Positions 63,605 to 64,000 of a DNA stretch of 64,000 bases are shown here, piece by piece; position 1 is the first letter of the stretch; every line of letters starts with the position of its first letter. The notes under the pieces are model-generated. The model did no database searches, was not told the origin of the DNA, and was given only the letters and a program-made list of their open reading frames with translations. The translations under genes and the position numbers were made by a program. Source of the stretch: Bdellovibrionales bacterium (GTDB taxonomy: Bacteria; Bdellovibrionota; Bdellovibrionia; Bdellovibrionales; JAUICD01). The stretch covers positions 96,001 through 160,000 of the forward strand of contig OZ241865.1 of assembly GCA_965203275.1 (NCBI GenBank), read 5' to 3'.

Positions 63605-64000
63605 TTATAATTCAAGTTCATTAAGGACGTTATTTTCAGAAAGTTCTTCGATGATGCCTCTTACATTCGTGACCAAATTTTCCCATTGCTCTTTTGTGAT
63701 AGCTATAACTAGTCCTGTTTCGTGTGGGTGATTCTCTTGGGCATAGTCAAAAAGCATTTGACCGCCTACAATACTCGCACTAGCTAAAACAGCTCGAAAG
63801 GTCCATCGACCTACAAATTTGCTAGCTCTCACAGCTTTGCTTATAATCACTGAAAGAGTGAATCTGATTTTTCCTGCTTTGAGATATTTTTTAAAGTCTG
63901 TTGGATCATCTGATTGTAATGCACCTATTAACTCATCAAAATATTCTTTTTCAATATATTTTAAATAATAAAAATTATTTGCCGGTTGCCATTTTCCATC
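63605..64000 (-). CDS. Hypothetical protein, 3' part only (5' end off the window)
   Basis: Frame is open from 64000 (DGKWQPAN...) through 63850 to the stop at 63605. Confidence 0.65.
   Translation of the reverse strand, partial: DGKWQPANNFYYLKYIEKEYFDELIGALQSDDPTDFKKYLKAGKIRFTLSVIISKAVRASKFVGRWTFRAVLASASIVGGQMLFDYAQENHPHETGLVIAITKEQWENLVTNVRGIIEELSENNVLNELEL

Overview
AT-rich bacterial chromosomal segment, probably Bdellovibrionota (inferred from FQNC/FNNC lipoprotein signals, an RxPAS-motif secreted protein and a pilH-pilI-pilD arrangement). It carries housekeeping genes (asnB, gmk, dksA, xth, fadE, methylmalonyl-CoA mutase, purKE, an M16 peptidase pair, der, nusB, pilD, dapD, gspC, gltX, rsmI), secreted ankyrin and Cys-rich proteins, three Rpn (PD-(D/E)XK) genes with intragenic RpnS-type starts, and decayed defence-like genes at the right end. 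The most striking feature is non-coding. By eye, about 9 kb (~14%) of the window, in about 12 clusters, is one family of ~150-nt modular palindromic elements, with about 25 complete copies and dozens of fragments. Their ~100-nt three-way-junction core keeps its fold through extensive Watson-Crick covariation in five helices while the sequence changes. Copies form head-to-head dimers, stack on a fixed CCAGAGG loop, swap cores within identical flanks, carry accessory modules (GGGATCC heptamers, a G-quadruplex motif, a 152-bp insert, a portable RBS) and truncate or terminate neighbouring genes. No tRNA, rRNA, CRISPR array, reverse transcriptase or conventional transposase was recognised. All counts and alignments were done by eye.
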